Source of the DNA: a virus
Length of the DNA: 41,525 bases
Direction: 5' to 3' (one strand)
IMG/VR virus record: IMGVR_UViG_3300025174_001715
Numbering within the stretch: the first letter of the stretch is position 1; each line of letters opens with the position of its first letter. Of the stretch, positions 7,640-16,975 are shown piece by piece. The notes beneath the pieces were generated by a model. The model saw nothing but the letters and a program-made list of their open reading frames with translations, was not told where the DNA came from and did no database searches. The translations under genes and the position numbers were made by a program.

Positions 7640-8538
7640 GTAATTCAAAAAAATCAAAGAACATAATGCGAGTGGAATATCAAGAACCACAACTTATTCC
7701 ACTTCCAATTATGCGAGGCTTGGTAGAAATTTTCTATGACTTTCAAGGACAGCGAATAGCTACTTTCAATAATGTATTGATGAATTGCGAACGAAATGGA
7801 ATCTCCGAAGAAGACTTGGAGAAAAAATATGGAGTAAAATCACTCATTGACGAGGCAAAAACTTTTGAAGATAAGATTAAGAAAAGACTCGATTCAGAAG
7901 TTGTTAATTATAAAATCTATGACAAATACTTGCAACATATCCAGGGTATAGGTTCAATTCTTTCCGCAGGATTAGTTGCTAACATTGGTGACATCGCAAA
8001 GTTTGATACTATATCAAAACTATGGATGTATGCAGGTTTAGGGTTTAACAAGTTTTGTCCAGAGTGTGAGCATCCTACTTTTGTAAACGTAGAATATGAA
8101 GATCGTGAAGGCAATATAACTAAAGGAAAGAAATTAAAACCATTTGAAAATTGTCCAGAATGTAATCACAAAACAAACCCAATAATTCAAAAGCGAACCA
8201 AAGGCTACCAAGATAATTGGAGTCCAAGATTAAGAGTTTTATGCTGGAAGATCGGTTCAAGTTTTGTAAAGCAAAAAGCAGCCAAGTCAGGCTATAGAAG
8301 AATTTATGAAAGTTTCAGACGAGATGATACAGAATTTCATCCAACAAAAGTGAAGGAAAATGGCAAGACAAAATACAATGACGGTCACATGTATAACCGA
8401 GCTGTAAGAAAAACTGTAAAGATTTTCATGAGTCACCTATGGATTACATGGAGAGAGATGGAAGGCTTGGAAGTAAAAGCACCCTATGTAGAAAAAGTTT
8501 TAGGCCACGATATAATTAAGCCATTCAAGGACAGATGA
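7636..8538 (+). CDS. tasA: TIGR-associated TasA-like protein (Nop/IS110 C-terminal RNA-binding fold, no RuvC/HNH), with Cys4 insertion
   Basis: LVEIFYDFQGQRI coiled coil; YLQHIQGIGSILSAGLVANIGDIAKF…SKLWMYAGLG; KRTKG…NWSPRL…WKIGSSFVK; GHMYNRAVRKTVKIFMSHLW…WREMEGL…PY…LGH; adjacent to the array. Confidence 0.88.
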   Translation: MSNSKKSKNIMRVEYQEPQLIPLPIMRGLVEIFYDFQGQRIATFNNVLMNCERNGISEEDLEKKYGVKSLIDEAKTFEDKIKKRLDSEVVNYKIYDKYLQHIQGIGSILSAGLVANIGDIAKFDTISKLWMYAGLGFNKFCPECEHPTFVNVEYEDREGNITKGKKLKPFENCPECNHKTNPIIQKRTKGYQDNWSPRLRVLCWKIGSSFVKQKAAKSGYRRIYESFRRDDTEFHPTKVKENGKTKYNDGHMYNRAVRKTVKIFMSHLWITWREMEGLEVKAPYVEKVLGHDIIKPFKDR

Positions 8539-8816
8539 CATTAGTAACTTGGAAAGACAGAATCGGTCTTGCACTAAAGAAAGGTAAATTCACAAAAGAA
8601 GATGATCAACTGGCAGTAGACTTTAACACATGTGCAATTAGTGAAAGAGTAAATAAAAAATTCGTCAATAATAATCAGGCATTTGAATATCTTACACCTA
8701 AAGCTGGTTCATTAGGTTCAAGATTTTATAATCATGTTCACTCAAACCAAGTAAAATCGGCATTAGCAATTTATAAAAAGATACAAAAACTAAAGCGATT
8801 AAGAAGAAGAAAATGA
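8535..8816 (+). CDS. Hypothetical basic protein
   Basis: ATGA-coupled to tasA. Confidence 0.65.
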   Translation: MTLVTWKDRIGLALKKGKFTKEDDQLAVDFNTCAISERVNKKFVNNNQAFEYLTPKAGSLGSRFYNHVHSNQVKSALAIYKKIQKLKRLRRRK

Positions 8817-8943
8817 AACAGGAAGTTAGATTCAACCCATACTTGGATTATAATGAAAAAAATTTTGGATTGTTAAAGCTTCGTGCAAGGTATCCAAAAG
8901 AAACCGAGGATCAGATTTATGACAGACTGTTTGGTAGAAGAAA

Positions 8944-9255
8944 ATGAAAGAACCAGAATTTCATCCAAAATCATTAAAAAGTAAGGATAAGATTATCAAA
9001 TTACATTATGAAACGCTGAAGAAATGTATCAAAATCACAAACCATTTCGTTGATTCAAAGATTAAGAGTATGACTTGGCATTTGGATAATGGATTTACAA
9101 TTACCTTTAGAGATAGAAAAAGGAATAGAATTAAGCCACAACTAAAATTATTAAAACCAGTATGGGATATTGAAAAAGCAGTTAAATCAATGAATACTAG
9201 AGAAGGAAAGAAACTGCAAAAGAAGTTAAGCGATAGTTATCGTGGGGATAGATAA
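8944..9255 (+). CDS. Hypothetical basic protein
   Basis: 103-aa ORF in the operon. Confidence 0.6.
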   Translation: MKEPEFHPKSLKSKDKIIKLHYETLKKCIKITNHFVDSKIKSMTWHLDNGFTITFRDRKRNRIKPQLKLLKPVWDIEKAVKSMNTREGKKLQKKLSDSYRGDR

Positions 9256-9520
9256 AATGAGCAACGTTGACGAATATGAACTTAGTAACTGGACATGGAT
9301 ATTAGCACCTATTTTTGTATTAATCATTCTTGGAGTAACAGTTGTTCCGTCATTATACTATGCTGAAGAAAAGGCCAAGGAAAAAGAAACTGTAATGAAT
9401 TTGGATTGCCAACAGTTAAAACAATTTATTATTGAACATATTGAAAGTGATTATCAAAAACACGACCATTGGAATTATCTAAAAGCAAAAGAATTACATG
9501 AATGGAAATGTGAAAAATGA
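9242..9520 (+). CDS. Membrane-anchored protein with Cys pair (LDCQQL…WKC)
   Basis: TM helix plus small Cys-bounded domain. Confidence 0.65.
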   Translation: MGIDKMSNVDEYELSNWTWILAPIFVLIILGVTVVPSLYYAEEKAKEKETVMNLDCQQLKQFIIEHIESDYQKHDHWNYLKAKELHEWKCEK

Positions 9521-9819
9521 AAGAAAAAATGTTTATCAAAACAAATTTGAATGAAATTATAAAACATTTACCAAAGGATTTAGATTGTTCATTATCAGAA
9601 ACAAAAACAAATGATGGATTTGATTTGGAAATAACAATACCATTTTTTGAAAGTAGAATTGAAGATTTAGCTTACAAATTACACAAAAAAGAATTTCTTG
9701 AATTTAAAAGGAATGAAGAATATAATGAAAAAGGCTTTCCGAAATGCTGGTTTTGTAATTTTGTAGCAAAAGATTACAACGAAATGGAATCACACCATAG
9801 GAGTAAACACCCACAATGA
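9517..9819 (+). CDS. C2H2-type zinc-finger protein
   Basis: C-terminal CWFC-x12-H-x4-H. Confidence 0.7.
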   Translation: MKEKMFIKTNLNEIIKHLPKDLDCSLSETKTNDGFDLEITIPFFESRIEDLAYKLHKKEFLEFKRNEEYNEKGFPKCWFCNFVAKDYNEMESHHRSKHPQ

Positions 9820-10028
9820 TTGAAGATATGCCTAAAGAAGTTAAAGAGGATTTATTACAAACAATGGAAATATTGATACCATTTACAAAATATACAAAAC
9901 TAATGCTTGATAAAATAATTTCTAGTAATCAAAACGATGATAAAAAAACATTAAAAGCAAAATTTTTGTTTAATTGTGGAGTAATGTTTGATGACTATTG
10001 GACAGATTTAAAGGGTGTAAAAAAATGA
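9816..10028 (+). CDS. Hypothetical protein
   Basis: ATGA-coupled. Confidence 0.55.
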   Translation: MIEDMPKEVKEDLLQTMEILIPFTKYTKLMLDKIISSNQNDDKKTLKAKFLFNCGVMFDDYWTDLKGVKK

Positions 10029-10192
10029 GTCGCAAACCATTATGGCAGACTGATAAAAGTAGACAAAAATGTGAAATCTCAGGATGTAACTATACCTCAG
10101 AAAGAGATTTTGGGGTGTGTTTCAAACATAGAATTATTGCTTTCAACGAGATAAAGGGATATGACATTCAGTTTATTCAGCATAAGGATTAA
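10025..10192 (+). CDS. Micro zinc-finger protein (C-x4-C…C-x2-H)
   Basis: Internal ATG of ORF 9998-10192; CEISGC…CFKH. Confidence 0.55.
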   Translation: MSRKPLWQTDKSRQKCEISGCNYTSERDFGVCFKHRIIAFNEIKGYDIQFIQHKD

Positions 10193-10194
10193 CT

Positions 10195-10668
10195 ATGAAA
10201 GTAGCTCTAGTTGGAACATCAATTGCATTAACTGAACAGGAAGAAAAGGATATGAGGCAATTCATTTCAATTGTTTTAAAACGATATGACATTAACAGTA
10301 CAATAATTATCAGTGGTGGTGCAAAAGGAGTTGATACACTGGCAATCGAAATTGCAGAGAGTATGGGATTCAAGACAGAAGTAGACAGATACAAACCCGA
10401 TACAAATCATTGGGAGGATCAGAATGGTAAAAAGGGATACAAGAGTAGGAATTTATTAATTGCTAAAGAGTGTGACGAGCTACATAGTTTTTCAGTTCCA
10501 TATCATAAGTTAAAATGTTATCATCATGAGGAACTTGAAGAACATGAAAGAACTGCTGCCTGTTGGACCTTACTGAAGGTAAAACAAATGGATAAGCCTT
10601 GCCAATTAATTGTAATGCCACCAGACGAATCAATAAATTACAAGGAGTTAAGGAAATATGAAGACTAA
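10195..10668 (+). CDS. SLOG-superfamily (YpsA/DprA-like) nucleotide-binding protein
   Basis: KVALVGTS, IISGGAKGVDTLA, YKSRNLLIAKECDEL. Confidence 0.75.
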   Translation: MKVALVGTSIALTEQEEKDMRQFISIVLKRYDINSTIIISGGAKGVDTLAIEIAESMGFKTEVDRYKPDTNHWEDQNGKKGYKSRNLLIAKECDELHSFSVPYHKLKCYHHEELEEHERTAACWTLLKVKQMDKPCQLIVMPPDESINYKELRKYED

Positions 10669-10873
10669 ATCACTAAAAATTTTTAAACTTACTGCATCAA
10701 GTCGAGAGGAACATGAAATGATGATGCCATTTGAAATGTGTACCTGTGGCCACCAAAGGCAGGATCATGGGGATTCATTTGCACTTGGTCATGGGATGTG
10801 CCTGTATGGAGAATTTCATGGAATATGTTCATGTATTAAGTTCACATGGAGTGGAAAATATGTCAAAGAATAA
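10658..10873 (+). CDS. Cys/His-rich micro zinc finger
   Basis: CTCGHQRQDH…C…CSC. Confidence 0.55.
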   Translation: MKTKSLKIFKLTASSREEHEMMMPFEMCTCGHQRQDHGDSFALGHGMCLYGEFHGICSCIKFTWSGKYVKE

Positions 10874-11066
10874 TCGACTATGTAACTTTAAAAACTGCAC
10901 TGGTGAACAACTAAAGGAATCCTGTGGTTGCTGGATCTGCCAAAAATGTAAAAGAACCGATGGAACTGATTGCAACTGGCTATGACTAATGAAAAATGTA
11001 TTTGTGAAATTCACAAGAAACACAAGCTTTGTCATGGAGATTGTCCATGTAATGACGGTGAAATAG

Positions 11067-11270
11067 GTGGGAGAAGGGTTTGGTAAAATGAAGTCTGAAA
11101 AAGAGATCAAAGAGATGTATGACAAACTGAAGGAGATAGAATTAATCACAAATCCATCTACTATTAAATTTGCAGAATGGATTCTTGATATTGGTGACAA
11201 GAAAGAAATAGAATTTTGGAAAGAGATCATTGATGGCATTGTCGATGCACGAAGGAGAAATAAGAAATAA
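11067..11270 (+). CDS. Hypothetical protein
   Basis: Charged helical ORF; start may be ATG 11088. Confidence 0.5.
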   Translation: MGEGFGKMKSEKEIKEMYDKLKEIELITNPSTIKFAEWILDIGDKKEIEFWKEIIDGIVDARRRNKK

Positions 11271-11272
11271 AT

Positions 11273-11455
11273 TTGTCATTAAGAGAAGGAGTGAAAGTTA
11301 ATTTTCATTGTAGTCATTGTGGTGCTAAGCAAATTGGTGAAGTCGTACAAATCCACTTAACCAAAGAGGCTATGATTTTAGACTTGCAAGCATGTGATCA
11401 ATGTCATGAATTACAACATTATAAAATATTTTGTGGTGGAATTAAAGTAAAATGA
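11273..11455 (+). CDS. Zinc-ribbon protein
   Basis: CSHC…CDQC. Confidence 0.6.
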   Translation: MSLREGVKVNFHCSHCGAKQIGEVVQIHLTKEAMILDLQACDQCHELQHYKIFCGGIKVK

Positions 11456-11991
11456 ATCACGATAAACTAAAGCAGGTAATCCAGGATCATGCAATAAAAA
11501 GGCAGACGGTAGTTCTAAGTTCGGGAAAGACTAGCGATATTTATTATGACATTCGAGAATTAATGTCAGATCCAGATCACATGTCATTAGTGGCAGAAGT
11601 CTTCCTATCTAAAATTAGAGAAATTGGTCACATAAGATCAATTGGTGGGCTAGCTACAGGCTCAATATCAATTGCCTGTGCAATACAATATCACGCATTA
11701 AGAGATTACAAATTTTTACTAAACACATTCTATGTAAGAAAAAATAGAAAAAAATACGGTTTACAAAAGCAGGTCGAGGGAATACTAAAGCCACCTGTAG
11801 CAATAGTTGACGATGTATTATATTCAGGAACATCAATTTCAATAGCCTTAACAGAACTTGATAAAATCAACGTGCCTGTTTCAGCAATTATTCCACTGAT
11901 ATTTCGAGGCGATGAAAAAAAATTACAGGAAGCACACGACATGTTTGGGAAAAAGATATATCCTATATTCATGGAAGAAGAATTAATTTAA
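11452..11991 (+). CDS. pyrE: Orotate phosphoribosyltransferase (type I PRTase)
   Basis: LSSGKTSDIYYD, VRKNRKKYG…VEG flexible loop, VAIVDDVLYSGTS PRPP-binding loop. Confidence 0.88.
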   Translation: MNHDKLKQVIQDHAIKRQTVVLSSGKTSDIYYDIRELMSDPDHMSLVAEVFLSKIREIGHIRSIGGLATGSISIACAIQYHALRDYKFLLNTFYVRKNRKKYGLQKQVEGILKPPVAIVDDVLYSGTSISIALTELDKINVPVSAIIPLIFRGDEKKLQEAHDMFGKKIYPIFMEEELI

Positions 11992-12422
11992 TGCCATTTA
12001 AAAATGATCGCGAATTTTGGACCTTTGTTCAGTCTGTATTACATACATCACAAATGGCAAAAAGTTTAGAACCGAAACAAATTACAGCATTAGCAGAATA
12101 TATCAGATCACAGAATTGCCCACAGTTGTCCTATGATGACTGGCTCGATATAGAAAAATCCATAATTGATTCAAAGTATGTTATAATGGGAAGTTTGGCA
12201 ACTGGACTCACACAAGCTCTAGGTGGAAAAATCTCAAATAAAGCATTTGAAGAAATAAGAAATCTTGACAGTGGATTTAGGGATACTGTAGAAAATATTG
12301 ATTTAGAAGACATAGAAAGAAAACTAAAGCAATCAAAAATTACAATACCCGATCTTACAAAAGTATTAGATTTAGCAAAATCATTTCAGAAAGAAAAAAA
12401 GGAGTTTAGAAATAAACCATGA
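11991..12422 (+). CDS. Hypothetical protein
   Basis: TAATG-coupled to pyrE. Confidence 0.65.
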   Translation: MPFKNDREFWTFVQSVLHTSQMAKSLEPKQITALAEYIRSQNCPQLSYDDWLDIEKSIIDSKYVIMGSLATGLTQALGGKISNKAFEEIRNLDSGFRDTVENIDLEDIERKLKQSKITIPDLTKVLDLAKSFQKEKKEFRNKP

Positions 12423-12679
12423 GTGGTTGTTGTCCTGAACTGCCTGAAACTAATAGACAAAAATGTATTCGGGCATGGGAAACTGCAAAAGTAATTGTAG
12501 CAAGTTTAAGAAAAGAAGGCAAGTTAAACGATATTCCAGAATGTAACACAAATGAGATTCAAATAGAACTAATCAGGAATGTTGTATGCAGAATAAACAG
12601 TATTGGTAAATTGTCATATGGATATGGATTAAGGTTTCATGGGCAGAAAAGTAAATTAGAAAAGAGGTTGAGGATATGA
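12419..12679 (+). CDS. Hypothetical protein
   Basis: ATGA-coupled. Confidence 0.55.
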   Translation: MSGCCPELPETNRQKCIRAWETAKVIVASLRKEGKLNDIPECNTNEIQIELIRNVVCRINSIGKLSYGYGLRFHGQKSKLEKRLRI

Positions 12680-12861
12680 AACTACAAACAGAAGTATCGC
12701 CTGAAGTAATGGAAAAGATACAAAAATGCTATAGAGAAAAAAAACCCTTTACTTGGAAAGGGAAAAAATATTTAATTAACTCAGGTGGGGAAATTAAATA
12801 TAAATATGATACAAAAACATGGCATACTGAATTACATTTATCAGAAATATCGAAGAAGTAA
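12676..12861 (+). CDS. Hypothetical protein
   Basis: ATGA-coupled; GAGG RBS. Confidence 0.55.
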   Translation: MKLQTEVSPEVMEKIQKCYREKKPFTWKGKKYLINSGGEIKYKYDTKTWHTELHLSEISKK

Positions 12862-12887
12862 TAAGGCATAATTAAATTTGATAGAAA

Positions 12888-13172
12888 ATGGCACGTGGAA
12901 AATCCCATTGGCGTATGTTTGCAATTGGCTGTGCCGATTGTCATACAGGTCTAAATCTAACTAGGCATCACTTAAAAGACAAGTATGGACTAAAGACAGG
13001 CGAGATACAAATTCTATGCAGAACATGTCACAACCTAGCCGAAGATAGATATAATGCCCAATTTTTTATCGAACTTACCCCAAACGAAAAACTCCAACTT
13101 GATTACATGAACGGTTTACTTCCATTTTATTCCTTATACGGTAATCATAAAACAGAACCGATCAAAAAATAA
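12888..13172 (+). CDS. HNH-like endonuclease with Zn knuckle
   Basis: CADC…LTRHHL…ILCRTCHNLAE. Confidence 0.7.
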   Translation: MARGKSHWRMFAIGCADCHTGLNLTRHHLKDKYGLKTGEIQILCRTCHNLAEDRYNAQFFIELTPNEKLQLDYMNGLLPFYSLYGNHKTEPIKK

Positions 13173-13180
13173 TCTTATAT
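13170..13180 (+). promoter_or_regulatory. Promoter motif TAATCTTATAT
   Basis: Repeated motif; extended AACCGATCAAA-N3-TAATCTTATAT shared with the copy at 15562. Confidence 0.7.
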
Positions 13181-13202
13181 GTTAAATGATTGAAGATAAT
13201 GA

Positions 13203-13565
13203 ATGATCTTATTATTAATTGGTGGAAATCCCAAAGGATATGGTGAACCATTCCATCCAAAAACACTTTCAGGTAAAAGGCTTTTAAAATTAATCGACAA
13301 ACATCATCTAATAACACAGTTAATGGACTTGTGGCAAACTGAGGAGGAAGAAGCGATAGGTACAGTAGATCCAAAAGGAATCTACTACTTGCAAAAACAA
13401 GCACAAGACAAAAGCATTAGAATCATAGCATTAGGTTACAAAGTTTATCATACACTACAAAACTGTAATGTTACTTGTGAATATCTACCTCATCCAGCAA
13501 GTAGAAGAAAAATCGATTTACAAACACTAGAAGCTGGTTTGATTAATAAAGGTGGTCAAAGTTGA
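13203..13565 (+). CDS. Uracil-DNA-glycosylase-like fold protein
   Basis: ILLLIGGNP (motif A-like), IIALG, LPHPASR (motif B). Confidence 0.65.
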   Translation: MILLLIGGNPKGYGEPFHPKTLSGKRLLKLIDKHHLITQLMDLWQTEEEEAIGTVDPKGIYYLQKQAQDKSIRIIALGYKVYHTLQNCNVTCEYLPHPASRRKIDLQTLEAGLINKGGQS

Positions 13566-14273
13566 ATTTCCTACAAAAATTTAACAATTGGTCGCAAAAT
13601 ACGAAAAAGAAGATTGATCCTAAATCCTATTGCAATAAATGTGGACATTATCATTTTTCAATGCTAAGTAAAAGATGTATGAAAGTTGGCTGTGATTGTA
13701 AAGTTCGGGATATGACAGGTAAATGACTTTTCTACTGATACTTGCTTTCGTTTTGTTTGGTGCTGGATTATTGGGATTGTTAGTTTTACCCCAAGCCCAA
13801 ATTTCTCCGAATCCTATAACTGGCTCTCATCGTTACATGAAATTGCATCCTTGATGATAGCTGCTGGTCTTATATCATTTACATTCTGGTGTGTAGAGTG
13901 TTTAATTTTTGCAAATCCTATAGATGATTCTAAATTAAAATCAAACAAGTATGAAAAAAGAGCCGAAGAATATTTTAAGAACAAAAATAAGGTAAAACAA
14001 TGATAACTTATGACGAGTTCTTAAAAGAACCAATACCAATAAACAAACAATATACACTGACAAGAGAAGAATACTATAAACAATTTATTCCAAACGGAGA
14101 TCCACGAGAATTCTATAATCAATTACTAAAAATTGAAGAAGATAAAAAATGAAAAACTATGGACGAACTGTATCTATGTGTGAAGTAGCTTGCAATTTTT
14201 TACTCTATGAAGAATGTAAAGGTAAATGTGTTAAACATAGGATTCTGTGGGGAATATGTGAGGAGGATAAAGT

Positions 14274-14537
14274 ATGGTAAATCAGTTAATGTTAAGTCTT
14301 CTCATCGGTGTTGTATCTGCGGTGTTAGGTTCATTATTTCTAGGAAATGTATTTGGTTGCGAACAATATACATCTGATGATCCAGCTTTTAAGGAAAGAG
14401 CAAAAATTATATTTGAAATGTGTCAACAAGCTCAATCAAGTTATATAACAATTTATTTTATTGCAGCATTACTAATTCCATTAATTGTGAACATGATATG
14501 GAACAAGTGGCCTCAAACTAAGGAAAAGAAATTATGA
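14274..14537 (+). CDS. Two-helix hydrophobic hairpin protein, distant capsid-like paralog
   Basis: TM-C…CQQA-TM layout as in ORFs 3633 and 22371. Confidence 0.5.
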   Translation: MVNQLMLSLLIGVVSAVLGSLFLGNVFGCEQYTSDDPAFKERAKIIFEMCQQAQSSYITIYFIAALLIPLIVNMIWNKWPQTKEKKL

Positions 14538-14691
14538 ACTTGATATTCTTCTTACCTGTAATTATTTGCATATCAGTTTCAACAGTATTTTTTTTATTAG
14601 GGAGTTATGATTATGGATTTATAATATTATTAATGGGGTTAGTTGTTACATTAATGACATGGGTTAGAGAACTAGGCCCACTTAAACAGTT

Positions 14692-14958
14692 ATGACTAAA
14701 AAAATTGAAACTGATTATTACGGTAGAGTAAAGGGCTGGCAGCCAATTAAAAAGAAACCTAAGATGTATTCAATAGGAGTAGGTGTTAAAGCTTGTTCAA
14801 AGTGCGGTAAATTATATTTTGATACATGGTCAATGTATTGTCAGCTAGATGGAAAATGGTTAGCAAATACAGACTTTCTTGATTTAAAACACAGAAAATT
14901 ACTAGGAATTAATGAGCCTTCAAGACAGCCAGGATGGTTATTGACTAATGCTTTGTAA
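14692..14958 (+). CDS. Zinc-finger-like protein
   Basis: CSKC…C. Confidence 0.55.
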   Translation: MTKKIETDYYGRVKGWQPIKKKPKMYSIGVGVKACSKCGKLYFDTWSMYCQLDGKWLANTDFLDLKHRKLLGINEPSRQPGWLLTNAL

Positions 14959-15151
14959 AGGGTTCTTATTGTTCTATATTGGTTCTTTAATGGTATTCAC
15001 CACAATAGCCATAATACTAATTGAACTTATTACAATCTCATTACCAGAATGGTTAGCATTTGTGTTGATGCCTGTCTTCCTTTTTGGCTTATTATTCATG
15101 CTTGTGGGAGAACACGCAATAGACAAAAGAGGGAAAGTAAATGCTTTGTAA
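14948..15151 (+). CDS. Small two-TM membrane protein
   Basis: Two hydrophobic helices. Confidence 0.6.
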   Translation: MLCKGFLLFYIGSLMVFTTIAIILIELITISLPEWLAFVLMPVFLFGLLFMLVGEHAIDKRGKVNAL

Positions 15152-15234
15152 TTCTAAACATCAAACTAAACCAATTTACTGCATTAGAAGGAAAGGACAT
15201 AAAGGTGCAGTGATGAAGAAAGGCATAGAGGGAT

Positions 15235-15444
15235 ATGAGTATAATAATTAAACCTATAAAAATTAAAACAGGCTTTTATCTATTGATACCAAAAACTATT
15301 GCAGAATTAATTAACTTAAAGGATAGTACAAAATTTAAACTAACGATCAAAAATGATGGCAAAAAAATAATACAATATATTGAAAATAAGTCAAAACGAA
15401 AAATAGTAAGAAAAGTAAGAAAAAAAACTAGGAGAAGGAAATGA
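15235..15444 (+). CDS. AbrB/MazE-like DNA-binding protein
   Basis: KIKTGFYLLIPKTIAELINL…FKLTIKNDGKKIIQY; basic tail; GAGGG RBS. Confidence 0.7.
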   Translation: MSIIIKPIKIKTGFYLLIPKTIAELINLKDSTKFKLTIKNDGKKIIQYIENKSKRKIVRKVRKKTRRRK

Positions 15445-15561
15445 ACTGTACTTATTGTACTAATGACTCTATTACCCACTGTGATGATTGTCATAAGGAA
15501 TTATGTAATTATCATGTCTTTGGACATCGATGTTATATGTATGAATAAACCGATCAAATAG

Positions 15562-15572
15562 TAATCTTATAT
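15562..15572 (+). promoter_or_regulatory. Promoter motif TAATCTTATAT
   Basis: Repeated motif upstream of 15633. Confidence 0.65.
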
Positions 15573-15632
15573 ACTAAGTTAAAGTTATCCCAAAGCGTGA
15601 GTTTCGTAACTTTAACTCAATTGGGGTTGTAG

Positions 15633-16250
15633 TTGGCTAAGTTTTCGTTAAAAGGACACTTTCCAATCCTCGAATTTAAATTAATGAGAGGACCAATTGT
15701 AATATGCAAAGTCGGAGATAGACAGATAGAAATTCGCAGAGCCATAAGACAGCAAGGAAAGTTTTGGATGACTTCCGATGCAGTGTTCGAGCTTGATGGT
15801 GAATATTCTTACGAGTTAATTGGCCAGCAGTGCTTGTTCTATAACATGTTTAACGCAAAACCAATCTCACTACAGGGAATTGAAAAGATCCAACAGTTGT
15901 ATCGTGAAAGAAAAGCAGGAACGATTGTAAGGGAAATCGAGAGAATTAATAATGCACTAGAAATGTCAGCAGATAAAAAATACACAGATCCGATTCACGC
16001 ACTATCCGAACTATACAAAGGAAAGATTGATGAAATATCCCAGCAGGACATGAAGTTTTTAATTGATTACAAGGTCTTTGACAAGGACGATCTCAAACTA
16101 TTAAACATCGCAAAAATGAACGCAAAGAAGAAAAATAGCGGTCTGTCAACCAAAGTTCCTACAGTTCTACCAATTTTAGTAATGATGGGCATAGTAATTC
16201 CAATCCTATTTCTAATGACTCAGTTCAATCCCTTAAGGTGGTTTTCATGA
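15633..16250 (+). CDS. Hypothetical protein with C-terminal TM anchor
   Basis: 205 aa; hydrophobic C-terminus. Confidence 0.75.
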   Translation: MAKFSLKGHFPILEFKLMRGPIVICKVGDRQIEIRRAIRQQGKFWMTSDAVFELDGEYSYELIGQQCLFYNMFNAKPISLQGIEKIQQLYRERKAGTIVREIERINNALEMSADKKYTDPIHALSELYKGKIDEISQQDMKFLIDYKVFDKDDLKLLNIAKMNAKKKNSGLSTKVPTVLPILVMMGIVIPILFLMTQFNPLRWFS

Positions 16251-16939
16251 AATTCCCAGATTGGGCTGAATATGGTTTAATTTTCTATGGAGGCCCACTG
16301 GCAATAATTATGACTTATAAAAACCATCTAAAACTTCGAAGAATAAACTCTATGAAAGACTATTTCATAAACGAGTTTGGATTATTTGACATTGATAGCG
16401 AATCCATGTATCGATATGGAAAGCAACTAGTCTTAATTTACAACTCACATGGAACATCAATCCCTAAAAAGATTGCAAGAAAGGTATACAGCTTGTATCA
16501 ACGTGGAAAATTCAATCAAATCAGGGTAGAGCTGGCAAAAATATATCCAGAAATCCAGTATATGAAGTTCAAGACGATCTATGACATGTTCAGTTTCATT
16601 GTGAAGAACACCCAGCACCGAACTATAGACATTGATACGGAAAAATTCCTTCCATATTATAGGTGCTATAACCCAATCTCAATTAAAAAATTAAACGAGG
16701 CTTGCTGGGCTGCAAGAAAAGCAGTTGAAGAATTGAATCCAAGCCTGAAACCACCATTTCCAATTATCGTAGCTGTAATAATTGGCATAGTTGCACTGGC
16801 TTTTATCCAGAACGGACCTAAATACGTCAGGGAAGCAGTGGCATATCTCGAAGATATTGGTAATGCAGCAGAAGGAAACTTCATCCTATGGCTAAAAACT
16901 CACATGATCCTTGGCCTACAAAGCCTATTTGGTGGTTGA
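16238..16939 (+). CDS. Hypothetical membrane protein, partly similar in layout to ORF 15633
   Basis: N- and C-terminal TM segments; YRYGKQLVLIYNSH resembles YELIGQQCLFYNMF of the upstream gene. Confidence 0.7.
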   Translation: MVFMKFPDWAEYGLIFYGGPLAIIMTYKNHLKLRRINSMKDYFINEFGLFDIDSESMYRYGKQLVLIYNSHGTSIPKKIARKVYSLYQRGKFNQIRVELAKIYPEIQYMKFKTIYDMFSFIVKNTQHRTIDIDTEKFLPYYRCYNPISIKKLNEACWAARKAVEELNPSLKPPFPIIVAVIIGIVALAFIQNGPKYVREAVAYLEDIGNAAEGNFILWLKTHMILGLQSLFGG

Positions 16940-16940
16940 T

Positions 16941-16954
16941 TTTCTTTTTTATAA
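16941..16954 (+). promoter_or_regulatory. Variant late-type promoter TTTCTTTTTTATAA
   Basis: 35 nt before the start, same spacing as the TTTCTTTTAAATAA copies. Confidence 0.55.
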
Positions 16955-16975
16955 CTCCTTGTTGGATGAATTACA

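Noticed and set aside
6009-7690. Minus-strand ORFs over the array
   Set aside because: By-products of the 36-nt periodicity; no starts or RBS context.
7636-8538. IS110 transposase / insertion sequence
   Set aside because: It has the IS110-like HhH/Nop region but no N-terminal DEDD RuvC domain, and it is paired with a multi-unit array rather than IS ends.
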